A stretch of 56,213 nt of DNA, filler included, from Streblomastix strix (lineage: Eukaryota): the NCBI GenBank assembly GCA_008636045.1. It is 2 parts of 2 records of this genome, joined end to end, with 100 filler letters (N's around TTAATTAATTAA, not from the genome) between each part and the next. Parts side by side here need not be neighbours in the genome. Positions count along the whole stretch, not along the records: positions 28,214 to 56,213 come from SNRW01000134.1; 1 more part is not named here. The stretch is one strand, 5' to 3'. The notes below the pieces were generated by a model that saw only the letters and a program-made list of their open reading frames with translations, did no database searches and was not told where the DNA came from. Of this stretch, positions 32,385 to 46,738 are shown one piece after another. Within the stretch, counting starts at the first letter, position 1. Each line of letters starts with the position of its first letter. Position numbers and translations under genes: made by a program.

Positions 32385-33868
32385 TCAATCCAATCTTCTT
32401 CTTTTTCGTTTTATACTTTTTCCATCTGGTCTTTTTTCCTTTTTATTTTATTTATCATCAAAATCATAATCGTTCTCATCTTTAATTCCTGCTTCTTATT
32501 ATTTCTTCTTATTGTTTTATTCATTATTCTCCTTTTTATTTATTTTATGCTATTAATTGGTATCTTAACTTTCATCTCTTTTTCGTTTCACTTTTCTATT
32601 TATAATCTCTGGAGAAATATCAATATTTTCTTCTTCCTTATCTTCTTCTTATTCAATTTTGATTTATTAAATTTAAGTAACAGATATTCTTGGAGGAAAT
32701 TCAATTCCAAATGAATGCGATATTTGAAGAAGATTTAATTCAGATGGAGCTGGAAATTAAATAATTTTAATATTTTCTTTTTAATTTCTATCTTTTTTTA
32801 ATTCTTATTTTAATTTTTCTTTCTTTGATTTGTTTACAGCAGACAATTAAGTATTTGATTATTTTTCATATCGTTATCTGAATCTAGATGCATATTCAGA
32901 AATATAAGCTCGGTATGCTGCTTAAGATAAAGAATGCATTTTATAAACTTTATCAGTCAAATCAAACACAACTTTCTTGGATAATGCAACACGAGGAATA
33001 TCAGATATTGCTGTCTTTGTTGTAAACTTAGAAAATAAAAATAATATGTTAAAAGAGAAATAAAGTAAAAATAATTAATTTCCAATTGAATATTCAAACT
33101 CTTTTTTATTGGCAACTTGTTTCAGAAATTATGAATGAATTGAAAACTTCCTCTTCAAAATCTGTAAGAAAGATTAGCAATTTAAGAGGATGGCTTTTCG
33201 CCAAAGGATTCATGCAATTTATATAGTCATTAATTATCTGTGAGATAATAAAAATATCAGATCAATGAATTATTAATCTCTCAAAATAATTAATAATAAA
33301 AAGATGAATAAATACCTCTGGCTATGATGGAGAGTCGAAAAAAATAAACTGGTCTATACAGCCATTATCAGATTTACTTAATTTATCATCTCCTCTTCCA
33401 TCGTTTCCCAGGTTCTAGATTACAAAGTTGAAATATTCTTCTGAAAAAAACAGTAGTCTAATCTCCTCAGACTCTTTTTTTGCTTCTTACTTGAATAACA
33501 AGCATGACTTGACCCTTTATGCATCCTGCATAGCCCTATTGATTTCCAATATAGTTGGCTGATGCTGCAACCCCAGTTTTGACGCTCCAAACTAAAAAAG
33601 TTCAGCAAAGAACTATACAGATGCATCTGTTCGAAATACAATTGCAAATCGCAACGGAAACGTATTTGTTTTTGTGTTTTATTATATGCGTAAGAATGAA
33701 ATAAGCGCTGGGAGGCGGTGCGAAACTTCGCATTTAGCAATGAAAATACAAGGAAGCCCAGTTTCAAATTCTGTTGGCATGAAAACATAACCAATATAAA
33801 TAATTTGCATGGCAATATAAAATATGTAAACCAAGCTGAACAGTGCTCTTTTACTCGCAATGCATCAT
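32385..33868 (-). CDS. Has1/DDX18-like DEAD-box helicase C-terminal half only (degenerate RecA2 plus C-terminal extension); probable pseudo-helicase
   Basis: MMHCEQKSTVQL|EFETGLPCIFIAKCEVSHRLPALISFLR...FAIVFRTDASVQFFAELF...ILEINRAMQDAQRVKSCLLF...FFDSPSQPE|IINDYINC...LIFLTDFEE...AAYRAYISEYAS...LNLLQISHSFGIEFPPRI; 3 introns, open frame, TGA 32385-32387. Confidence 0.72.
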
Positions 33869-34377
33869 TCACTGCCTATGGCTGCATAATATTTAATTAT
33901 ATACTTCAAAACTTAATAATATTATTTATATTTTAAAATTGTTGTGTGAGTTATAAATATAATTACTAGATAGATAATTATATGAAAATCTCTTATTTTC
34001 TGATTGGTACTTAATCTTCAATATAATTTACAAACAAAATTTTTTTTAAATATATTACTAATTTATTTTTCTTATTGAATATGCGAAATATTAGCTGTAT
34101 TTTAAGATCAAACAAATTTTTTTAAGTTGCCTTTTAAACTCTATTGAACCCTTATATTTTTAAGCTTTAGTTATTTTCTTGTACAACACAATAAATTTCT
34201 ATATGATCTAATCAAATATTCTAAAATTTATATCACAATACTCATGCACATAAAATTTAACTTATTAATGATAGTGACCCTCAATAGACTTATTATATTG
34301 ATAGATCTATTTGAAACTTATTATTTAATCTTTGTTCTTGTTAATTATTTATTCATAGATATTAATTTTTATTGTTG

Positions 34378-34980
34378 ATGCTTCCGCAGCGATACACCAC
34401 ATCCAGAATTCCTTCAATTCATCGAAAAGGAAGCTTGCTTACAACTTAATATACACATCAAAGTATTTTTTCGTTTCCACGCTCTAATTCAGCTTTTCCA
34501 GATCAAGTTCCACTTCAAGATATACATAAACAAAAGAAGTTATTAGAGTCGCCATCTATTAGATCATAATAAAGTACTTAGAATATTGAGTTATAACGAG
34601 CTGTTTCACAACCACCCACTGACATCATTGAAAAATAAAATAATAATTAACAAAGCTTATCAATAAAGAATTCAAATACATAAAGGACACTCTCAGCACA
34701 ACCTTCAATCCTACATTCATCATAAATAATCAGAAAAAGAAGAAATTCAAAATAATTTTAATTTTCTCCCATTGTTCCTATTCCTCCTCCTCCTCATTTT
34801 ATTTCTAGTATATAAGGATAAGTAATCAATGCATATTTATTATATCTCAAGAATATTTACAATTTATTATCATCTCTTTTGAACATTGGATATCAATTTT
34901 ACATAATACTATTAATATAATAATATGGAATTTTATTCATATGTTTAGAAGAAAAGATGAAAATAAATAGATATTACTGA
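34378..34980 (+). CDS. Hypothetical Ser/Gln/Pro-rich protein
   Basis: MLPQRYTTSRIPSIHRKGSLL...FSPIVPIPPPPHF is open with TAR=Gln for ~150 codons; 3' end uncertain (probable intron ~34822-34948, stop 34958-34960 or 34978-34980). Confidence 0.45.
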
Positions 34981-35215
34981 AATACTACATATTAATGCAT
35001 AATTCACTTATCTGCACACATTTACAATTACAAATACATCATTACTTTAAATATAAAGTGATTTTTTATATCAAATTTTTATTGTTTCTAATACTTTTGT
35101 TAATTAATTTATTATGAATGAATAACGAAATAAAAGAATGGTTATATTTTCATATAAATTTTATTTTATTATTATTTGTTAATAAATTTAATAAAAAGAA
35201 TATTTAAGTGAATAT

Positions 35216-36838
35216 TCAATCATCTAACTTTTGCCAAGCCCATAAAACTTTGCTTTATTTCTTCTTCTTTGATCCAACAATTATTGTTTTGTCAATTTTA
35301 GGTCCATTTATTGGAATATCAGATTCAACAGCATCTTTGAGCTAACCATCATTTGTTTATTTATCTTCTTCTTCTACATCATCATCATCATCATCGTCTT
35401 CTTCTTCTTCAGCTTCAAGAAGTCCAGTAAGTTGCTTGTTTCTTTTCTTCTTATTTACATCAATCAACTCTTTTTCTTTTTATCTTTCTTTCTCTTTATC
35501 ATAAACCCAATCATATTTCTTATTAGCTTCAATTTCATTCAATTCTTTATTATCAATCTTTTATCCTTAATTAAACTCTTCTTCTTCTTCATTAATCAAT
35601 GGAATATCTGTTTCATCTTCTTCACTCCCTTTATTTTATTATTTATAAGAAATTAATGAAATTCTTATTAAATTACAAATATGATTAATTAAAATAAAAT
35701 CGTTATAAAATAAACCTGCAAGATCTAAAAGTGGATCGTCAGCAATAACTGAAAATAAGTTAGAATCTTATTGCCAGTCTTATGAGAACCTTTGAACTTA
35801 GCAATGTGATTCAAATGCAAATTTCAAACCCAAGTCATTTCCACTCTCAACTTAAGTATTTATATCGCCTTTAATTTCTTCATCCTGTCTTTCAATTTCA
35901 TGTCTTGGACAACTCAATTTGTCTTCTCCATCTATATTTGATACTTATTTAACAAAGAAATGATCCAATCCTATTCCATCATCATTACCAAGAATTTCCA
36001 TTGCTAATTTATCAACATCAAAATCAGTAATGTCTTTTGATTATGAATTAGAATTCTATTAATCTGATGTTGGAGAAGATTCTGTGGATGAAGAAGAAGA
36101 TTAAGAAGATATTTATTATGAAGTTTATTATGAACTGAGATTTGGATCTGTTGATTATTCAGGAAATTTGAAAAATTATTTGTCAATCTCTTATTTGGAT
36201 GTATGCTATCCCACAATGTGAGTTCCATTTTATTTTTCTTCATTAGGAAATTCAAAAAAATTATTAATCTTTTTTATTTCCAATTTTTCTTTCATTTTAT
36301 TAATTTCTGTCTTTAATATATTTTCTTCATCTTACTCGTTTACCAATTTTTATTCTTATTATTCTTCATTTCCATCTTCTTCGCTTTCTTATGTATTACT
36401 ATCAAAAAAGTAGTAAGGAGCAGGAATAGGCAATGCAAAATGCAGTGATTATTGAAAATGAACTTAAAGCCGAGCAGGCGTATCAAAAAAGAGTGAACAA
36501 TATGGACAGACGCACTCATTTACTCTTAAACGAATGAAATTTAATAATTTAATACATTAATAAAAATCAAGCTCTTAAAAATTATATAGTTTAATTAATA
36601 AGAAAAATAATATAGTTTAATTAATAATAAATAACAAAGCAAACCCCAATTTTTCTTGATTTAGTAAAAATTAAACTTATGCTCGCGTTTCATGTGTCCT
36701 ATGCATTATTCAAGTGTAGGTAAATTCTATATAAATAAAAATATTCGCACCTAATAAAAATAAATAAAATTACTTATAAATGAAAACCTCGTCACAAAAT
36801 AAACATTTAATTTCTTCGTTCGAGTTTTTCTTCGCCAT
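35216..36838 (-). CDS. C2H2 zinc-finger protein of the ZNF277/PRMT3 N-terminal (uS5-binding) type
   Basis: MAKKNSNEEIKCLFCDE|NLPTLEQCIGHMKREHKFNFYQIKKNW|ELDFYQCIKLLNFIRLRVNECVCPYCSLFFDTPARLQVHFQQSLH...WQQDSNLFSVIADDPLL; 3 introns; acidic tail; TGA 35216-35218. Confidence 0.78.
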
Positions 36839-37026
36839 TGTTGCAAACTATGATGAATAGCTACAATAAAAATAAATAAAATATGAAAATATTATTAAAA
36901 TGATATTTTAAATGTTTTCTAACATATAGAGTGGTGAGATAATTTCTTGACTGTCTCCTGCCCCATCTATATATTAAAACTGAATTATTTAACCTTTATT
37001 TTATTTATATATACATATAGATCGCT

Positions 37027-40000
37027 ATGGCAGATCATCTATTTAACTGGGATGTTGCTGCACCTTCTGTCCCACCGCGGCGTGTACAGGAACAAATTGA
37101 TGATTTTGTGAAGGTTACTTATTTGTCTATATATTATTACGCATTATTATATAGTTTTCAACCTCATTTTATACTTGCAGACATCAATAAAAGTGCCAAT
37201 TATTCAACCAGAAGTGCAACCGATTTTTTCCCTGTTCTAATTAGATGTTTGATTATTTTGTTAGACAAATAAGAAAAATATAAATTTATATATGTGTTTA
37301 TATATATATTAACCTAAATTTATTCCAGTTTCACAAACCAATACCAGACAAATCGAAAAATATCATTCCAAACATCACATACATGGTTGCAGCAAACGAT
37401 GCCATAGTTGCTATTGCTGGAAATAGAATAATTCGTTGGACTGTTCAAACGGCAGATTATGAGAGTGTGCTATTGACATAGTTTTTCTTTAAATTCGCAT
37501 GCTTTTTATAAAATTACTCTTCTAGTTTATACCATCAAACTTGGAAAGCAAAACGAAACAATTATAAAATGTTTTGCAGATCCATATTGTTCAAACATAT
37601 TTGTTTCCACTTCTCTTGGAGAAAACTATTATATATAAGCTCCTGGGAAAGAGAATTCTGCTAAACATCTTCCAAAGTGGAAATTATAAATTGAATCAAT
37701 GGCATTTGCTATTCCTCTGAAAAATGTATAGGATAAAGTATAAGGGTTTATTGGTTTATTACATGGTACTTCTATTCCAAGTTTGTATATTTGATATTTT
37801 CATCTTATTTTCAAATCATCCAATTTTTTCCCATTAATTAATAATTAGATAAATTGGGATAAAATTGGTGTATTTTAATTGGAACCAGGGATGGTCGTTT
37901 ATTGGAAACTACTCTTGAAAATAGGGAGAAGGTTCCTACTGAGGTTAATTCAGAGATAATTAATTAATATTTAATATTTTATGTTAATCATTATTATTTA
38001 TAATAAATATAAATGCCAGATCTTATCATCAGTATTCTAAGGATTTCCAATTGTAAGTATTACTGGTGGAATAGAAATAAATGAATAATAACCAAAATAT
38101 GTATACATTTACATTATAATTATTTTATTTTATTTATTTAATGTATATTAATATGTATAGATTGTGCATGTTGCTACTGCATTATTGCGAGTTGAATTAA
38201 TTAGAGACAAGAATGAAGATTAATTTCAATAAGCAAATAGAGCACTTCTAATTCCTACAAAATGTTTGTTAATTATAAAACTTATATAATGAATAAATAC
38301 ATTAAAAGTCTGAATATTATATTTGTTATTAACATTCACTTCTGTATTCTTTTAAATTTTCATTTTCAGTCATTCCAGATCCAAAAGATTATCAAATCCC
38401 ATCTGAATATGTACTTGGAGGAACTTCTTCTCCAAATTAATAAGTATGATAAATATTTATATATTAGTATTATATATCAATCATAATATATTTATATTTA
38501 TTTGTTATAATAGGATCCACATGTACTAGCTCTTCGTCCTAATTGGTTTGCATGGTTAACATCATAAGGAATATTCCATTCATCAGTAATATCATATGCA
38601 CAATATGAGAAGAATATAATGATACAAAGATAAAGAGAATAAAGAGAGAAAAATAAAGATATTAGTATTAAGGATAAAGATAAAGACTTAGATAAATAGA
38701 ATGTTATTAATAATGAATCAATTAAGGTATCTTCATATTCATAATAAATTCCTTCTTATTCTCCACCTCCTACAACTTCATCATCTTCTTCTTCTTCATC
38801 TTCTTCTGCAATTCATTTTTCTATGCGATTACAGGGTACTCCAGTATTACTTGATGCAAATGATAGTCCATAACTCAGTAATTCTCTTCAATCAATGCCT
38901 TCTTCATTTCAATAATCTCAAACTTAACCTTTATAATCAAAGAGTAAATAAGCATCACAATCTGGGAAGGAATAAAATGAGATTGGAAGCATTAAAGATA
39001 ATAATAAAGAAAAGAAAGAAAAAGTGAAAGAAAAAGAAAAGAATAATATAAATGCTAATAAGCAAAATAAATAGTAAAGTGTATCATAATATATGTATTA
39101 GTATTAGAGAGATATATCTAATAATTAATAGAATAATAACATTAAGAATAAAAATAGTAATATTAACTAATTGAACTAACAAAGATATTCTGGAAAGTTC
39201 TTTGAATTTGAAGGAAATGAAGGAGTGAATATTTTAGTGAATGAAACTGAAATTGAAGGAGAAGACATGAGTTTTGATGAGGATAAAGGTTTGTATATAT
39301 AGAAATATTAAATATACATTCATATAATAAAGAAGAAATGAAATTACTTCATTACATTCATTAAATACAAATATTTCTTATATGTTATTATTAGATGAAG
39401 ACGATAAAGAATAATTTGGATAGAGAAGAAGAGGAGCTGATGATCTTATTGTTACATTTCATAGGTATTTACTATTAGATGAAGAATTATAGAAAAATTA
39501 ATTTATAAATATATTCTATTTATTTATTTATTCTTCTATAATATTCAGACACCCTGCTCTTGAATTCTATCCTGCAAATGCAAATCAATTCACATCATCA
39601 TCACCACAATAATAATAATAATAATAATCCTCATCTCCTTCTCCATAATATTCTACATCACTCACTCAATCACTTTCATCTTTCTCATCTTCTAATATTA
39701 ATATACAAAAGCCCATTAATAATAATATTAATAGTATTAATAATATAAATAATAATATTCTGTTACCTTCTATATTCCCAATTAATATAGCTGCTACTGA
39801 ATATCATTTCTTAGTTTTATATGAAGATAGATTATAAGTATGTATTTAATCATTAAATAAATATAATATTGGAGAACTATTGATATTATTAATTTTATCT
39901 TTATTCCTTATAATTAATTAGGCATGGTCATAATTATCAGGAGATATTGTAGAGGATGTAATTCCAATATATAGATATGAATCTTTATCTTAATCTTCTT

Positions 40001-43000
40001 AATAATCAAATAATTAGATTTAATCATCACTATAAAGTTAAGCTTCATTTATTGGTGTAAATTGTTTGATTTCAATTATAAATATTATTTAATATTATTT
40101 TTTTTTATTTATTCTTCATATTATCTTCTTACTTTCTAAGCTCTTACATCTTCACCGTCAACATAATCAATATTAAATGATTCAATGAAATTAGTTAAAG
40201 TGAATGTTTAGTTATTGGAAAGAAGGTATTTGATGAATTTGAGAATAGGAATAGAATGCAAATATCAAAATATTAAAATATAAAACATTTTATAATTATT
40301 CATTTATTATATTCTATATATTATACAGACCCAGAACATAAAGCCAAAGAAAAAGTCTGAAAGGTTTAATCATGAACAATTTAATTAAATAATATTTCTT
40401 CATTTATCATCTTTCTATCATTTACTTTCAGATTCAGATTCATTTAATAGTTAAGATGATAATAGTTTAAATGATTATGATAAGGTTGATTTCATTTCAA
40501 GGAGCGATGCAAAATCTATGATTTTATCTCAATAAACAGGAAATGTCATTCAAAATTAGATCTAATAAGCTTAGATGCAAAATAAAGATAAGAAAAGTGT
40601 GAATTATAGAGGAAATATGAATGCATCATTATCAACATAATAATAAAGATTTGGTTTCTCATATTCATAATCAAGTCCAATAACTACTCCATATCCTACT
40701 TCACCTTAATAAACATAATCATAAACACAAATATAGTAATAATAATCACCAACATAATAACAAACTCAATTATCATAACAATAAGGAGAGAAAATTAAGT
40801 TTATTAATATGACTACAGATATACTAACAAGGGAAGTATATATTACAGATGGAGAATATATATACAGATTAAGCATAAATGAAGAAGGAAGAGAAATATG
40901 GAGAATATTTTTATGCAAAGCTGTTGAATTGCATAAGAAGTATATGGATTAAGAAAGAGAGAGAAGGTTTGGAGATAATTAAATTATAAATATGAATAAA
41001 ATATGAATTATAAATGAATTGAAAAGTTGACTTGTTATTAAATAAATTAATTGTATTTTTATTTAACAGATTATAAAGAATGATGAAAAGACTTGCAAGA
41101 GAAGAAGCAGCAAGAATCGCTTAAGCTGCTTTTGGTATAAATATATTATAATAATTATATGATTTTAAATTATATTATATTTATTTATTGTTCACAATAG
41201 AAGGAAAATTGGGTTCTGGATCAAAGAATAAATAAAATATGTAGATATAACTTTATAAAAGTGGTAGTAAATGTTTGGAAATTATTGTTTAATTTACACT
41301 TACTTACAATTATTATTTTTATTGCAATATTTCATTGTATCTTTTAGAATATTCTTCATCTCAATCCTCCTCTTCTTAATAACTACTCTCATAATAACAA
41401 TAAAGAAGAATATCAGATCTATTTGTTACTTCAATTACTCATGCAAAGACTGATTAATAAAGGTAGAGATTGTGAATTGAGAAATGATATATTAATTTTA
41501 ATAATCTTTTTTATTCTAACATCTTATTCTTATTTATTTATTTTAAATAACAGGAATTTAATATTAATTGTTTAAGGGCAATGTAATTTTAATTCAAGAA
41601 ATTATGGGTAAGCAGTTGAGAAATGGGGGAAGAGTGGAAGGTATTAAAATGAAGGAATAATATAAATGGAGATGGAAATTAGATTTATATATAAATAAAT
41701 GTGAAATATTATATTGGTATTAATTAATTTATTTATTTTGCAGAGAATTTGAAGAAACAGCATTATCATTAATGAGATTAGGAAGAATGGATATATTGAG
41801 GTTGGAAAATTAGAAATATTATAAATTAATAATATTCTTTTATTCATTCATTATTTTACATTTTTCTTGTAGACAATTTGTTGATGCTAAACTTCATTCA
41901 TTGGGAGCCAATGAAAAAATTGCAGCTTCACTGTTGGGTTTGCTTATTAAATATCAGAATGAAAGAAAATATTTGTTTTATTTTTATTATAAATTAGGAA
42001 CATGGATTGTTGGATTATATCTGGACAGAATAGCTGGTATATAAGTTAATTAAATATAAATTATTCATAAACTTAAATATTTTTATATTTTAATGCTATA
42101 CTTATTGAACAGCCCGAGCAGTTAGATTAGCATCAACTAAAGCTCTTGGAACAAAAGGGTTTGTGAAAATAACTTAATTACAAATTAATTTATGTATTAT
42201 TATAATTTTTATTTTTTTTTAATTCTTAGGACAATTGGCGGAAGCTGTATGTAAAATTATTAATATTAATTGAAATATTTATTTCTTATTTTATTTCATT
42301 TTATTAATCTTATATTACACATTAAAATAGAAACAACATAAATCAAAAGAAATAAATATACTCAATAACTTGAATTAATATAGTCAGAAGTTACATTGAC
42401 GAAAAAGGGGTATATTATAAATCTAGACATTTAATAGAATTAGGCTCAAATTTAATAAATATTATTTATATTTTATTTATATTTTTTCAAATCTCTTTCT
42501 TTCTTCTTCTTTCAGACAAACTTCCTCATCTCTTTCAACATAAGAATAATAAGAATATTAATATGGTCCTTCTCTTCCTTAAAATTCAGAAACATTCAAT
42601 TATATGAAATTGGGAAGAAGAGGTATTATTATTATTAATTGTTAATTATTCCGTATAATTCATTCTTTTTTTCATATCATTATTATATTTATTAATCACC
42701 ATATTATATCTTATTCAGCCAAACATTCATTCTAAAATCCAATATTTGACAATGAAGAGGAAATTCAATTATCAAATTTTCTAAAGAATAATGCTATTTC
42801 TCTAAACAAATAAATTATATATAATATTTTGATATAAAATGGATAGTTTGATATGTTGTGCGATTTCGCTGAGGCAATTGGTGACACAAAAACGATGGTA
42901 ATACAAATATAAATTATTATAATATTAATTGATAACTATTTTATGATAACATTTATTTATTTGTTATTTTTATTAATAGGTTGAATAATTCATATCTAGA

Positions 43001-46000
43001 GGAATGTATAAAGAAGCCATTGACATATTATACATCAAAGTTTATTAATTTAAACTATTAATATTTTATCTGTTAATTCTAATATACTATTTATTTTTTA
43101 TATTTATTTATTTATTTCAATTATTAATTAGGATAAAGCAGAACTATTCTACGAATTTTCTCCTTCTCTCATTATTGTTTGTCCGAAGGTATTTATTATT
43201 CAAATAAGAAAGAAATAAATTAATTATTATTATTATATTTGTTTTATGATTATTATTAAATTAATTTATTATCAATATTCCAAATATTTTCAGCAATTAA
43301 TTAAGCAATGGATGTTGATAACTAAGAATTAACTTGATCCTCTTCATTTATTGCAAACTCTTTCATTGTATCGTCATCCTCCTAAATCATAATACAAAGA
43401 TAATTAATGTTTAAGATACTTAGACTATGTTATAAAGATAAAAGTGTGCGGAATATATAGATTTAGAAATTATTCGTGTAGAAATGAAATGAAAATATTT
43501 TTTTATCTTTAATTATTATTTTAATTTATTTATTAATAATCATTCATAGAAATGTTAACAATAAGCTGTTCATAACTTCTATGTTTAATAAATGGCAAGG
43601 AATGCTGAAGAATAAGTTCTTATAGATTACATAAAGTATAAAATTTATTAAATAGGATTACAATAATGAAAAAATTATCATAAAAATAATTAAATTATTT
43701 GTTAAATTAAATTAAATTAAATTTTAATTTATTATTTATTATTTATTTAATTAGAAGTTATCTTGAAGAAGATGAGAATGGTGAACTGGGTTTAATTAAT
43801 GAAATATAAATATTTTTATTTAATATGTATTTATACATATTTTATTCTTACTTTTTCTTATTTTACTATTTTCATTAAATTATCTTTTTAATTCAACAAT
43901 TTATCTCAATGTACCAGTAAACATTAATAACTCAAGTATTAATTAACAATAGGGATCAGAATAAAATAAGACATAATCATCTTAATTATATTTTAATAAG
44001 AATGGGAAATAACCTTTATTTGATATTAGATATGCATTACGTGTTTGTATTTAGGTATTACGTTTATTATTCATTTTATTCTGTATTATTCTTTATCTAA
44101 TTTATAATAGGAAAAATGTCCATCTGCTGCAACGTATCTTTATATAATGCTTGGATTATATTAGGTATAAAAATATAAAGAGAAAGAGAGAATTTATTAC
44201 AGAAGCAAAAATCTTATTATTTTCGAATCCGTATTTTATATTGTTTAGGAAGCTGTAGAATTGGCATTAACTGTTTCATTTGACTTAGCTAAGGAAACAG
44301 CAAGATTAGCAAGGGTATTGATATATCTGAATTAATTCTTCATAAATATCTTTGATTATTATAATATATTTACAGGGCAGAGTAGATCCAGCTCTTTTCT
44401 AACGTATTTGGGTCAGAATAACTGAATCTGTTGTTTCAAGACACATGAAGAAGAAAGAATAAGGAAATATTAGTCAGTTGGAATCAAAAGATGGTAAAGA
44501 TAATAAAGAATAAGAAAGTGATGAATAAGAAGAAGGCAATAAATAGAAAGGAATAAATGAAAAAGAAACAAATAAGGGAGAAAAGAAAAAGAAGAAAAGT
44601 TTAGGTATATATTAAATATCATTATTTTTGAATAATATTCATATTATATATATAATCACTTTTAGATGATTAAGTAGTTTCAAGTGAAGTTATTCGTGAG
44701 ATTCTTGACGAATGCATGACATTACATTCAGTATATTTTGATACATTTATTATTATTATTTATATTTCGTTGTTCTATTTATTTATTTATATAGGCTAGT
44801 ACATCATCATTGTCAGGGTAATATAATTCATCCTCATCAAACGAATTTTAATTGGCTCTTGTCGGTATTAACAAATATATATTTAATGAATAAGTTTCAT
44901 TCATTTAATTATTAATTCTATAATATCTCATATTCTTATTTCCAGATATTCTCCCTTGTCTTCCAGATTTCAGTTGTGTTGATGAACTTAGAGGAGTAAT
45001 TGACGATGCAATGAATTAATAAGTATTTATATTGAATATAATAAGAATTCAATTGTAATAATAATTTGGATTTATTTATTATATTATTTTATATTCCTAT
45101 ATTAAATAGGAAAAAGAAGAAAGAGAGAAACTTCAGAGTATTGAGGTTAATAAATAGAAATGAAGAAATAAACTGATGATTATTTCATTACTTATTTATA
45201 TTTATTATTCTCAGGATTAAGCAGTGGAGAGAGAGCATTTAAGAAATGAAGAAAAAGATGTATCAGGAAAGAAGAAGACAATTTAAGCACCTTTATTGTT
45301 ATGTAGAAGATGTAAGTATGAAACATATTTAATTATTTATATAATATTATTATATTATATTTATTTATATTATATTATATTATCCAGATAACCTCTTTCT
45401 TCTCCTCCAACTCCACCTCAACATCGCGAGAAAGGAAATAAATCAGGTATAAACAATCGAAGCTATAAATATATATTATTTTAATTATTAATTATTATAT
45501 ATCATATACTTTACTATAATAGTATAATAAATTGGATAAAAGCAAACCCCAAGTTCAAGTAGTAAGGTTGCATCATCATCATTAACCTCAACATCATATG
45601 CATAATCTATTCTATCGTCAACACCATCCACATTCTAATCTCCTTTCTAATCTTCCCTCTAATCTCAATCACAATAAAATCAATTCACTTTTGATATTCG
45701 ATCTTTCACACTCTTACCAGGAATAGTATCTTTCCCTTGCTCACATTCATTCCATGCTGATTGTGCATTGTAATCTCTTTTTGAAGACTCTACTCCATAT
45801 TAATAATGGACCATTGCATAGGCAATATAATTAATTCTACAACAGACTAATCCAACAATTATATAATCATTCGGAGTTGGTGGGATTGGATAGTCCCAAT
45901 CTTCATCATTGGTATAAGGGTAATCTGGATTGGATGCAAAGAAACAAAGCCTTATTGGTAAGTATGGTAGCAGTGCAGATAAATAAGCATCTTATTCAAC

Positions 46001-46262
46001 AAATCAAGGTGCATTATCTTAAATATAAAATTCATCACTTCCTTTATCATCAAATTTTGCTTCTTCATCTAAAATTGCCTTCCTTTCAGCTCCTCTTCTC
46101 TCCTCACCACATATTCACAACTTCAAAGCCAGAGATATTACTGCTGAGATGAAGGAACTCCTTGCTTCTGATTGTCCAGTATGTGGCGAGGCGGTTGTGA
46201 ATACAGCCAGCTTACCTTTCTTCAGTGATGGCGAAGCAGAGGCTCGTTTGTTTGAGTTGTGA
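37027..46262 (+). CDS. VPS18: Vacuolar protein sorting 18 (Pep3), HOPS/CORVET core subunit, 42 introns
   Basis: Spliced frame gives ADP...STSLGENYY, ILIGTRDG, FAWLTSQGIF, TEYHFLVLY, EEGREIWRIF, FEETAL, AVHNFY, FDIRYALRVC, DILP.LPDF and RING-H2 CRRC...FPCSHSFHADC...LLASDCPVCGEAVVN...LPF; all intron phases consistent; TGA 46260-46262. Confidence 0.93.
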
Positions 46263-46738
46263 TATAAGTTATTTATAACTAATAAATAAACTATTAATTA
46301 TATTTAAAATTTGAAATGATTTCTGATGATTAATCTCTTGATTATACTGCGGATTTTCAATTTGGGAAATAAACTCGAAAACTGCGTTTGTAAAAGACAA
46401 TATGGAGATTTCATTCCCTACTTAAACATCAAAACAACAATCATCACTTGAGAATTCAACATGAATATTTTACTTATAGCCGTAACATCGAAGAAAATCA
46501 ATTTTATTGCAAAACCAAAAGTCTCATTATTTAAATATATTTTTATTAGCCAAATTTTTATCAATAAACTTTGTTTATATTTTAATAATAACAAATATTC
46601 GATTAATAATATCAAAATAAGGGAATATTTGTCTTTTCTAATTTTTTTATTAAAATTATAATCCTGCCACTCCCACATATTTTATGTACATAATTACCCA
46701 TTTTAAAATTATTTACTTTGAAGGCAGATTTATATTCA

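Noticed and set aside
34270..34630. Minus-strand frame with several TGAs (MSVGGCETARY...), suggestive of UGA=Trp
   Set aside because: It is the antisense of the plus-strand Ser-rich ORF at 34378; TCA codons read as TGA on the other strand.
36583..36628. Direct repeat tatagtttaattaata x2 in a zinc-finger gene intron
   Set aside because: Short AT-rich local duplication with no sign of function.
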